From the NCBI GenBank assembly GCA_016748015.1, contig JAAOMT010000633.1:97023-122237 (forward strand): a stretch of 25,215 nucleotides of DNA, read 5' to 3'. The first letter of the stretch is position 1. Every line of letters starts with the position of its first letter. The DNA comes from Geosiphon pyriformis uo1. Lineage: Eukaryota; Fungi; Glomeromycota. Positions 10,331 to 21,552 of this stretch are shown here, in pieces. Below the pieces are notes generated by a model. It saw nothing but the letters and a program-made list of their open reading frames with translations. It had not been told where the DNA came from and did not search any database. The position numbers were made by a program, and so were the translations under genes.

Positions 10331-11574
10331 TTAAATAATTATTAATTTTTTTTTATTCATTTAATAAATGAAACCCAAATGCCACTGTTACCAATAGAAT
10401 TTTAGCTACTAATTAACATAAAATTACCTTTCTAATTCGTAATATTAATTAGTATATATTATTATTATTTCAATTATCATGTATTAATTTATCAAATTAT
10501 CAAATATTATTATTCAATTAATAACCCAATTTGTACTATAGAAATTAAGATGATCAAATTACACAATATCCTAAACCATTTAATATTCAAAAATTTACCA
10601 AAATGAATAGAAATTGGCCGAAATAATCAATAGTTAGTAGAAATAACTTGTAGTTTATTAAAATGTATCTTTAGTTTGCCAAAATTATAACAAAGAGAAA
10701 AGTACAAGTTTAAAAATTACTACAACAAATTATATAAAAGAAAAGCTTTTTTCTTTAAGAAAAATATACCTTACTTTAAATATCTTAATTAAAACAAATC
10801 ATTCCTTACATATCTTTAAAAAAAATTAAATAAAATTAAATATTTAAAAACCAAATTCTTTAATTATTATACTTAAAAGTCCCAAAACCCAACTAAAATT
10901 TTGAAATTGATTAGCTACCAATTTCAATAAACTATTAGTAACTTTAGGCCTGGATAGAAAATGATTCTCTTAATAAAACTTTATTTCTTTTATATTTTTT
11001 TTATTTTTTTTTTATTTTTTTATTATAAATTATTAAGATAGCCTATATATGAGATTCCTGTAGAAGAGTTGACTTCTATAGCAAAGTAACTATAGTGAAC
11101 TCTCTCTATAGTCTCTTTGATTATAGTTACTATTTTTTTATAATCACATTTTTTTAAAAACCAAAACCATTTATATATAATATTATTTCCTTATAGTCAC
11201 CTTTACTATATATATCTCCTTATAGTTCTTATCTCTACAAATATGATAGCAGAATATAAATAATTTCTACTTTCTATAGTCACACTATAATTATATAATA
11301 TTAGATATGAACATCAGATGTCATTTCATATTTAATCAGACATGTAAGATACCTCAGATTATAAAAGGTGTTCCAAATATTATTTTAAAATGTCGACATT
11401 ATTTTGCATTTAAGTATTGCAATAATAAGACTTATATTAATCTATCATTGTTTGCTTTATTCATTAATTTATTATTTTATTAGTATAATTTTAAAAGTTA
11501 CAACAAGCAAATTGGTGTAAAATAGCATGCTCTGCTTTGTTTTGGTGGCAAATATTGAATAATTGCTCAAGCCA

Positions 11575-11980
11575 CTAAGTAAATTTATTTAGTATTGGTG
11601 TAATAATTGCCATAACTATCCAAAAGTAAGTGAAGTAAATTATCATTGTTACATTAATTGTCAAGGCTATCCAAAAGTAAGTAAATCTGATTATTATTGT
11701 CATATTGATTGCCATAATTATTTAGAGATAAGCAAATTTGATTAATATATTCATGTAGATTGTCATAGCTGTCTAAAGATAAGTAAATTAATATTGTTGT
11801 ATTGATTACTGAAACTATCTAAAGGTAAGTGAATCTGATTATTATTGTTGTATTGATTATTGAAGCCATTAGGAAGTAAGTGACTGAATTATTATTGTTG
11901 CATTGATTGTTAAAACTATTGGGAGGTAAGCAAACTGAATTATCATTGCCATGTTAATTGTTGTGACTGTTTGGAAGTAT
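11575..11980 (-). repeat. ~8 degenerate tandem copies of a ~51-bp unit encoding a 17-aa Asn/Gln-rich peptide
   Basis: RTAAG motif recurs every ~50 bp (~11625, 11676, 11727, 11778, 11824, 11875, 11925). The minus strand reads HLPLDSFSNQYNNIN / HLLPNGFNNQYNNNNQI / CLPPNSFNNQCNNNN / CLSLNNYGNQYDNNNQI, with small indels between units. Confidence 0.75.
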
Positions 11981-12037
11981 TTTTTAAAAATGTAAAATCT
12001 CGAATTAGATTTTTACTATCTATTCTGTTTAAATACT

Positions 12038-12570
12038 GGAAACTCTGCAGCAATAAATAAATTAGGAAATTGTTACTTTTATAGCAAAGGTGTTAATCAA
12101 GACATGGGTTAAGCTGTCAAATTATATTAAAAGACAAGTGATGTAAAAAATTCTGCTACAATGAACAATTTAAGTTATTGTTATCAGCATAACAAAGATA
12201 TTAATTAGAACAAAATTTAAGGGGTCAAATTATATCAAAAGACTGTTGATGCAGAAAATTCTGAAGCAATGATTCGATTAGATCATTGCTATCAATATGG
12301 TAAAAGTGTCAATCAGGACATGGATCAAGCTATCAAATTGTATCAAAAAGCAAGTGATGCAGAAAATTCTGAAACAATGACTTGATTAGAACATTGCTAC
12401 TTTAATGGCAAATACATCAATTAGAACACAGATCAAGCTGTCAAATTATATTGAAAGATGGCTGATGTAGAAGATTCTGAGGCAATGAATTAAATAGGTT
12501 ATTGCTACTTTAATGGCAAATGCATTGATCAGAACATGAGTGAAATGGTCAAATTTTTTCGAATTGTAGT
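12038..12570 (+). pseudogene. Five Sel1-like repeats (36 aa, 108-bp period), with nonsense mutations
   Basis: Units start at 12038, 12146, 12254, 12362 and 12470, e.g. ENSEAMIRLDHCYQYGKSVNQDMDQAIKLYQKASDA and GNSAAINKLGNCYFYSKGVNQDMG*AVKLY*KTSDV, matching the Sel1 consensus A...LG.CY..G.GV.QD...A..LY.KAA..G. Confidence 0.9.
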
Positions 12571-12589
12571 TCTGAATAATAGTCAAATG

Positions 12590-13003
12590 TCAGCTCATCT
12601 ATTAGATATTAAACAAGAACTTCTACAAGAAGTACAAGTTCTTATTGAGCATATTGATATTAATAAGCTATTGGCAATAAACTTTATTAATATTGACAAG
12701 TTTGAATCATTATTTATTTATGCCTCAGAAGATGAAATTGTGGATCTTATTAACAACAAGTATAGTAGAAATTTTAATGCAAATGAAGATTTAGAAAGTA
12801 AAGATGAAGATGAGTCTTTGCCTTTGCTATCTACACATCAAGATAAAACTGCACTTGAAGATACATTGTGCTATTGTGAAGAACAATATAGTAAAAAAGT
12901 TGATTCAGACTTTTTTAAAACTTTAAGAACATTAATTCGTAATATTGTTCTCAAAGTTCAAAAAGAGAAAAAACAGTTGCAAATAGATAGCTTTTTTAAA
13001 TAA
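12590..13003 (+). pseudogene. C-terminal remnant of a pogo/Tigger-family transposase with a PIP box
   Basis: Acidic stretch (SEDEIVDLI...NEDLESKDEDE) followed by helices ending KKQLQIDSFFK* (QxxIxxFF, the PCNA-interacting motif typical of pogo/Tigger C-termini), ~120 bp from the right TIR. No CENP-B HTH or DDE core remains. Confidence 0.75.
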
Positions 13004-13488
13004 AATATATATAATTGGTTATTATATTATACATGTAATATATAGATCATATAATAAAATATTAATCATTTTTTATAGTTCTATCTCTCTATAGTCAACA
13101 CAAATATGCTGACCAAAAAGTGTGATTATAAAGAGAGTTCACTGTACACATTTTAGTAAGCTTCCAAATGAGCAATTTGTAAGAAAAAATTGATCTTTAT
13201 TACAACATAATTACATAAAATAACTGGCAAGAAATTGGCTATTCCACTTATAAGCCCATCAATTCAAATTATAGAAGATAATTTAAAGATAAATTCAGTT
13301 ATCAGAGGTTCTATTACTTCCAAATAACATAAATTTACATCAAACCAATATTAACAACATCCAAAAAAAAAGACCAAAAACTTTCAATAATACTACCTAG
13401 CACAATATATCAAATTAAATAATCTAAATTAAATGCAAATTATGTATTTTTTATACATAACCAGCCATTCAAACTGATTAAAACAACA

Positions 13489-16400
13489 CTATAAATCTAT
13501 TTTAACAGATATTACAGTATTAATACCAGGAAATAAACAGCAAAATTCACAAAAACCAAAGCTAAAACTATGTACTTTAACAATTTTAAATAACTTAACA
13601 ACTCTAATAGAAAGCAAAGACAGCAGATTATGAACTTTAGGAAGCACAAAACCATCATGTTCAATTAGGCTTTTTCTCTCTATAAATTTTCTGTATTTAG
13701 CCCTTACTATCTAAATTTCAGTATGGTAAGCTGTTCTTAAACTTCGCACAAAATTCACAACTTTTTTACTGACAACCTTAACATCATCAAAAATAGATAT
13801 AGTTTCCAAGTATTATTCTTTGAATAAAAAATTTTTACACAATACAGTATACACAACATCATCAAAAATACACAAAAAAAGCATATATAAAACCCAAGAT
13901 AATAGTAGACTCAAACTTAACATAATATTTCACTGAATCAGAAGCAACCTAAGCAAGTCTTTACAAACTTTAGAGTCTATTATATACACAAAAAAGTGAT
14001 TAAAACTTTCTATTTCCTCACAATAAAAACACAATACACTAAGATACTTCTTATAATATAAACACTTCTGAACAGTAACCAACAGACAACAGTACAAAGT
14101 CTTTATAAAATATGAATACAAATCAGTTGTAGACTTATTTGTAAAACCAGCTATTATATACAAATTAAGATATCAAACCAAAACAATACAAACTCAGTCC
14201 ATATTATCAACCAAGCTTTTGTTAATAATACCAGATTCAAATCTGACCTTCTAACAAGCACAATAAACAGTTCTAAAAACTCCACAAGTAAAATAATGAA
14301 TATTTTCAGATACTATCACCTTATCAGCTCTAATAAATTTTTCTCTGACAAAAACAGGAAGTACCAAATTTGAATCAGCAATCAAACTGGCCAGCTTATT
14401 AGCATGTTTATTGCCCAAAATACTCGAATGTCTTTTAATCTTGCACTAAAAAATATTAAGTCTCTTATTTCTAATAAAATTCACAATACTCTGCCTTTTT
14501 ATTTAGCAACAATTGCAAAAATCTGGCAAAACCAAATCCAACTTCACAGCAAAATATACAAGACTGTCTGACTGTTTAAATACACTATAACAGAACTATT
14601 AGCAGGAATACACTCCAAAGCCAAAACAATTGTCTGCAATTTTATTATTGTAAAGGAAACTAATCTACTAATATTAATACCAACCCCTATATTTAAGTCA
14701 AAAAAATGCAGCTGCACTATATTTTATCTTATAAATACCCAAATTTTTCAAAAACCTATCTATATAGACACTAATAACATCCAAATTCACATCAGAAATA
14801 CACTGCATCATTCCAAAAATGCTATTAGAATTGCAAATATTCAAAAATTGAAAGCCAAAATCAGATAATTCAGTAGAAAAAAGAGATACAAACCTAATTA
14901 AAAAATTACATGTTAATTTGAAACAGCTAGAGACTAAACTCCTTAAATTAAGCCTTTTTCAATGACAAAAATTTTTTAATTAAAGACCAACTCTTTTTTA
15001 TCATACAATTAGTCAACAAACACAACTTCAAACTTCATAAATAAACGTGAAATATAATAAAACTTTGAATTATCCAGAACATAAAACATTGGAATATTAC
15101 TCAAAAAATAGAATATAGACAAAAAATTGTTGTTAAGTGACATATCACAATCCAAAAATATTCTCACTACACCAACTAAAAAATTGTTAACTGAACTAAT
15201 TTTTAGCTTTATAGAGTAATGTAAAAAGTAAATAAGAAATCAACTCAAAACCTATAAGTCTAAAAACTTATAATTAAACAGACAACTAAAAATTCCACTA
15301 GCATTTAAAAAATTCAACACAAAAGCCATTTTACTCTCAGCTTGTAATTGTTCAAATGATTTCAAACTATACAATAATGGATAATAAAAAGCCTTGTTAA
15401 AAAAGTCTTTTAGTAAATCAGCTTTTATCTTCAAACTTTTTCTTATTAGTGTATTTTACTTAATATATATACTCTTAAAAATAAAATTAAACTGAGTTCT
15501 ATAACTGATTATAGACTATAACACAACTGAGACCAAATAAAAAAACTGTTTGTCTAAGATAGTCTTCTTTAGAACCAAATTAACAAAAAACCTGATATCT
15601 AAATGAGTCTTTGCCAAACTGGGTTTAGACAAATCTTTAGAAGACAAAAAAATATCAAAATACTTATAAGACTCTTCTTTTCATGCAATTAAAATTGACA
15701 AACCACTAATTAATAACAAAAAATTTCTGCTTTTTGATTAATAAAAATAACTACTGTCTTATTATTATTAATTAGAATATCATTGATTATAAAAAACTAT
15801 TTACAATGTTTAGAATATATTGAGTAGTTGTTTGATTATTTTCAACCTAAATTGTGTCATTAATAAAAATTTCAACTGCTAAAAATAAAGTTAGTTTATC
15901 CTAACTCTTCAATTTGTTAGTTTTGACAACAAACCTAGTATCAATATAATAGTCACACAAACTTTCCTGCCATTTGACTTTATATAAGAGAAGATTATAA
16001 AAAATCTTTTAGAACAGAAGAGAAAAAATTTTACTCTAGTTTAGACTATTATGTACATAGTACTCATTTGTCAAACCATAATTAGTCATAATTTAATTAA
16101 TTCTATTATTATAAATTTTTCCAAAAAATTGAATAAATTATTTGCACATTTTAATCTTAACCAAACTATTTCTTAGAAGTTACCAACTTACAGAATTATA
16201 AGCCTTCCACATATTTTATAAGACTAATTAAAGTTTACAGTCTTTTTTCAAAACATTTTCAATTATTAAACCAATGGCAAAAATAAGAGACTGAATAGTA
16301 ATATCTTTTAACACAGAAAAATTGTCATCACAAAAAATATCAAATTTACTACAAGCCAAAGAGATTCTATTGGAAAGTAACTTAAATAGAATTTCTTAAG

Positions 16401-19400
16401 TAATCTTAATCAATGCAATTCTTTTAATATTAGTCAGAACACTTTTCCACTTATATGGCTTAAAAATTATTAACACTTAAGCTTTTTTCTAAGATTGAAG
16501 TACAGATTTATGTACTAAACAAAGATTCAAAAAGTTCAAAAGCATAATGAATATCAAACTGTCACAATGTCTTTATAGTTTATTTGTAATACCAAACAAA
16601 CTAACAGTCTTTTTATCAAGTAGGTTTTTGATTACACACACTAAGTTATTATAACTAATAATATTTATAATATCAAAGAATACAATATTATTAACATGAA
16701 CCAAAGACAGATATTAATGATATCACAGATTGAAAATATTATTTAACACTTCCTTCTTTCTTGTTCAACTCTCCATAATAGTGTCAACTTTAGATTTAAT
16801 TTCAACAGAATTCAAAATCAAATTACTATTAGCAATTAAATGATTCAATACTATTTTATAAAAAAAACACTCCAATATACTTTTGATTATATGGCCCTTA
16901 TTAATAGTGTTACTGAAAGATTTTCACACTTTTCAATGCAAAAATTACAACACATACAATAAAAATTAACATTAAAATCATGCAAAAAAAAACCTACATT
17001 ATTGCACTTAATCAACAAAATCAGCCAACAATCTGGAAATAAATGATCAGCAATCAATCCAATTACAACAAAGAAATATGGCACAATCCAACAGTTTAAT
17101 TAAGTTGGATACAAAAAAATCTTGGCAAACTAAGAAACACCAATGAAAATGAATGATTGATGCATGTAATCAGATAACAACAGATTTTGTTATGCTCCAA
17201 AATTTTTATACACTCTTATTAGAACAATTTAACATTCCAGATCTGCAATCAATGGTTAAAAGTAGTTACCAAGAAATGTAATCAATTAATCTACTTCTAA
17301 TTATGTTGATCATAATTACAATTAGTATCATTGATTTACAATCAATGTTCTAGATTCAGCCATCTAAATCTGATCATCTAAATTACTAGCTCTTAGATGA
17401 ATAACAGACTAAGTAAGCTTATCATAAATTGATTAATTAAATGTATATAAATAATTGATGTATTTTAAATAGTTCTAATATAATATGTAGATTTGATATA
17501 ATTTAGCTATATATACAGCCTCTTTGTCAGCTCAAGAAAGTATTAGTTCAATACTGAGCCAACTCTTCACTATAGTTTTATAGTAAGCAGTTAGTTCTTT
17601 CCTCTACTCCTTACACTTTCTCTCCCCTTTTTCTATGCTCTAAATACTTGTCATCATAATCTCAAGTATGCCTTTCCATATTTCTTATCACTATTTGGAA
17701 TCACTTTATTTAGAACTTCTTACTTACTTGTTAACAAAATTATCAAGCTTTCTATTACTTCTGATCTTTTAAATCATGTGTTATCATCATTTCACATTAA
17801 GCCTTGTTTCACCAAACAAGTTGTTAAATCTAAAAATAAGTAATAAAGTATCACATTGTTAAAGAGTAGTCTCAACAATAAAAAGTTTAAGCAAAATCTA
17901 TTTCAGTTATGTTTGACTTTCATAATTTCTTTTATAATTTCTATAACTTCGTTTTTAAAGTAGGCATTTGAATACTACACCCTTTTGACGACTAATTGAA
18001 AAAATTCTGGTTATGATTTTCTTAAGTAGTTTTGGTTTCTTTTTGTTGCTGGTTACATTTTTAATATATATAAAGAGATGTGACTTCTCTTTTCCCCTTT
18101 TCAAATACCTAAGACTGGTTCTTGTCCAAAAACAAATAATAATGACAATACTTTCTTTCACTTTTAATGACCTTATTACATACCCCTTTTGCTCTCCCAC
18201 CTACTGAAATAGTCCATACATTCATGATATGCTATAGTCAGTAGCATAATCATGGTAATGTGTGTTCCAGGTAAAAGTTATTGTTATTAATAAGAAGTTA
18301 CAAATTCATAGCTTTCATCCGGTAACAACAGTAAAGCTTTCTATTCTTTTGTTGATAGCAGATCTAATATTTATCTCCTCAGCTCTTAAAAACTTAGCAA
18401 GTTTACAGGCACAGTATGACTTTCTTGTGCCATAAAAAACAGATCTTATATGATCAAAATCAGCACTTAAATCTAATAAAACTTAAATAATCAAAGCCTT
18501 ATTATTGTTTAAAGATGCCCAATAACTTATCAAGAAAGTAAACTTGCCATTGAGACCTATTTATAAAGACTTTACAATTTTTGAAACCAAAATTTCTAAC
18601 TTATAAAACCTAGAAAAATCTTTTATAAAAACACTATCAAAGTTTTTAAATCATTTTTTCTTAAAAATTTCATTGGCTAAAAGACATACTGTTTTGTGAA
18701 CAGTATTTTACATTAAATTCAGATTTAAAAACCTTTTGAACATAACAAACTCATTAAATAACAATATTGCATTAGCCATTATAGCATCTTTAAACTTATT
18801 CTATTTTTTTTTATCAGCATTTTTAATGTTAAATATTCAACAATTTTTATTCACTTGCTTGCACAGAAGATTCAGCTGCATATCTAACAAATTACCTAAA
18901 TCTACAGAAATAGAAATGGCCTAATGATCAGTGTAAAATAATCTTTAATGTTTACAATATTATAATCTATTACTGTATTAATTAAGTTTAAAGAAACAAA
19001 CACATAGTTAATTGTCTTCATAACACTCTTAAAATTTTTTCAAGTCAATGTTTTTGCAGTTGAGCTTCTGGCCAATAAATTAACCAATCTCAAACTAAGG
19101 CATCTCTTAAAACTAGCACATTTACAGGAGTTATTTTTATTAAAATTACCACCCAAAATAACAAAAAAAAACTTATTTACAGTCTTTGCAATTAAAGAAT
19201 TAACTTTATTAGCCTGAAATAAACATACAGCCAGTATTGCACTAACATACAGCCCCAGAATTAAAACAGAAAGTCTATTTTTAAAAAGCAAATTGACAGA
19301 GAAAAAGTGATCAGAAATCTCAGAAATCTTATATATATGTTATGCTAAGACAATATTCATAATAATCACAATACCAAAACCCAAATAATCAGAGTCTAAA

Positions 19401-19592
19401 CTAGAAACAAACACACAAACACCATTAAACTTATCAGCAATCTATAGACAAATTTTCTTCTTTAATTTTGTTTTAGTAACAATTAAAATTAAATTGTTTG
19501 TATTTTTGTGAATGAATAATATTCTTTTGTTTTGCAGGATTGTTTATATCTCTAATATTGCACATGACAACTTTCTATATTCAATTAGTTAT
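13489..19592 (-). pseudogene. ORF2p of element 3 (APE-RT-RNase H-CCHC), split by the insertion at 16908-18327
   Basis: VILGGNFN (APE, 19040-19291), EIFINDTI*V (RT, ~15845-15875), CFYCEEIESFNHFF (finger), and end VKIDL* versus VRIDA* in element 2. Length minus the insertion is ~4680 nt versus 4689 nt in element 2. Confidence 0.9.
16908..18327. mobile_element. Solo-LTR-like insertion (1420 bp), probably Ty3/gypsy
   Basis: Termini TGTTACTG...CGGTAACA; 4-bp flanks ATAG (16904-16907) and ACAG (18328-18331). Removing it restores RIESFTV|NKGHIIKSILE, equivalent to RIESFELNKGHTIRSVLE in element 2. No recognisable protein; a TATA-like motif near 17510 precedes a pyrimidine-rich tract on the + strand. 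Confidence 0.82.
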
Positions 19593-21483
19593 TAATAAGA
19601 AAAAATATCCAAGCTTAAACCTTTATTGTCTAATTTGGCCAATAATTTTATAATCATATTCAATAAATTACTTAACTTTTCTTTAAACTTCTTAATAGTT
19701 AATTGATCTAAAAATATTACTCTTACCATAGTCTTACTACAAGTAACTACATCCAAACTTTCACTTATTACTTTATTTGCTCCTTGATACTGTGATGAAA
19801 AAGCAATCAATGGCTAACATTTAAGGCTAGACTGGAAAACTGTTGGCTTAAATACATCTAACCTCTTAGCCAGCTTACTAACTTGCTCTACAAGGCTAAC
19901 AAGACTGTACTTAAAAGCAACAAACCTGTTATTTATGTCCAAAAAAACCAGCAGGAGAGATTTTGCATCCAAAGATAAACTAATACCAGAAAAAACTACA
20001 GACACTACACAAAAAGAGAAACTATTAACAACTTAAACCCAAGTTTTACTTTCAAATAAAACTGAGCAAGCAATTAACATCTGCTTTTTTTTATATATAT
20101 TCACTAGATGACTTTGATTCTGAGAATATATTATCTGCTTACTGTGATTACTAGAATTCTTATTCACTAAACATATATTAAAAACATGACCAAATTGTTT
20201 ATACTAAACACAACAGACTAAAAAAAAACCAGTCCAACACAGATTTATATTCTTAAAAACTAGAACAAAACTAATAACAATCTTCTTAAATGTCTTATCT
20301 CCAGAACAAACCACAACATATCTATTATACACATATGAATTTAGATTATGACTAATAAAACAAGTCTTCTTATTATAAAATTCTATTAAATCAAAAAAAT
20401 CATAAGCTGTGATGCTAACTGACAAAGTGTATAGCAAAATCTAATACTGATTTTTTAATACCCATAACTGCTTATTATTAACAACTAACATTATTCATAC
20501 AGAATTTTTATCCATGAGAACTGATCACTTAAACACAACTAAACTAGCAACCTTAGATAACTCAAACTCAACTAAAGTCTTTTGCCAATGACTAATTAGT
20601 TGCATTTTAATTAAAACTATTTTACCAAATTTGAAAAAAACTGATTTTATAGCCAATTTGAAAAGATCAACCAGAATCTCTTTAACAATAATTTTCCAAT
20701 TTATATGGTTGTTTGTTTTTTTAATATCAATATTAACAAGAATTTTTTTACTAATAACCAATTTTTTAGCCTTTTGCAAACTCAAATTCGAAATAAAAAA
20801 ATACCTAATTATCTCTAAAAATTTTGAAGAAGTAGAAACTTCTCCAAAACTATCAATTCAATAAAAAATTTTCTTAATTACAATCAATTTATTACTATTA
20901 GTTTTGTTTAATACAGCAGATAACTTAATATTTAACATAAAAAATTTAATTAGCTTAAAATTGCACCTATTTAGAACATGTGATCTGACTGTTAGCAAAC
21001 ACTTAGTACCAGAAAACTTAGAAACTAAAAGTGTCAAAATATTATCATTATTATTACTTAAATTGTTAAAAGAAATCTTCTTTGGCTGGCTGTCCAAAAC
21101 ATATGTTTTAGTATATGTTTTCTTAGATGTAATATTATCTATTATATCATCAACTTTTAAAGCATTTAAATCTGTATAGCTGGTTTTTTCTGCAACTGTA
21201 TTTTTTATGTTTTTTAGGTCTGATATATTACTAATACTGCTTGTTTTGTTGTTCACTTTGCTGCTCCAAAATCTTATAGACTTGTTAGTAATTATATCTG
21301 CAAGATTCAGAAGGCCAGCAGATATTTCAACCATATTGTCAACAATAATAGGTTTCTTGGGTTTTTATAAGATGCACTATGCAAATAAGTATTCACTAAA
21401 TATTTGGTTTTGACACTAAACTGAGTTCTCAACTCAGCCAAACTAGATACTAATTCACTAACAAAAAAGTCTACTGGTTTTAT
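19589..21483 (-). pseudogene. ORF1p of element 3
   Basis: ORF pieces 21307-21495, 20858-21334, 20525-20785, 20204-20437, 19814-20005 and 19592-19810 align to element 2 ORF1 (IIVKEILVDLFKLAIKSVFFKFGKIV; LYTLSVSITAYD; SLVSLVEQVSKLAKRLD). Confidence 0.9.
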
Positions 21484-21552
21484 AGTTACAAACAAAGATA
21501 TGCTAAAAAAAATAATTGTAAAAATAAAGAAGATAAAGAGTAAAAAAAAATT

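Larger units (their letters stand above)
11093..13144 (+). mobile_element. Non-autonomous pogo/Tigger-like (Tc1/mariner superfamily) TIR element carrying captured gene fragments
   Basis: 21-bp TIRs, 18/21 identical (TAGTGAACTCTCTCTATAGTC at 11093-11113; reverse complement of 13124-13144 is CAGTGAACTCTCTTTATAATC). TA duplications at 11091-11092 and 13145-13146. Subterminal YTATAGTCAC-like repeats at ~11121, 11139, 11190, 11219, 11274, 13073 and 13089. A transposase-like C-terminus lies next to the right TIR. Confidence 0.9.
10981..21550 (-). mobile_element. Older degenerate LINE of the same group as element 2, 'element 3', with two nested insertions
   Basis: Collinear with element 2 through ORF1, ORF2 and the 3' UTR motif. 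Putative A-rich tail (A7-9T)n at ~10981-11022. The 3' boundary is uncertain: homology is secure only for ~13390-21500. Confidence 0.85.

Noticed and set aside
10386-10980. Third LTR starting with TGTTAC at 10386
   Set aside because: No matching GTAACA terminus or TSD was found. It may be a truncated element but cannot be supported.
11575-11980. CRISPR array or leucine-rich repeat
   Set aside because: The units are contiguous degenerate tandem copies without unique spacers, no cas genes are present, the context is eukaryotic, and the 17-aa unit lacks the LxxLxLxxN pattern.
12536-13003. 155-aa ORF as an independent functional gene
   Set aside because: It begins inside the fifth Sel1 repeat and is only the stop-free tail of a decayed chimeric frame.
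16887-18207. Short ORFs in the solo-LTR-like insertion (16887-17084, 17955-18200, 18013-18207)
   Set aside because: Short and compositionally biased, with no recognisable domains.
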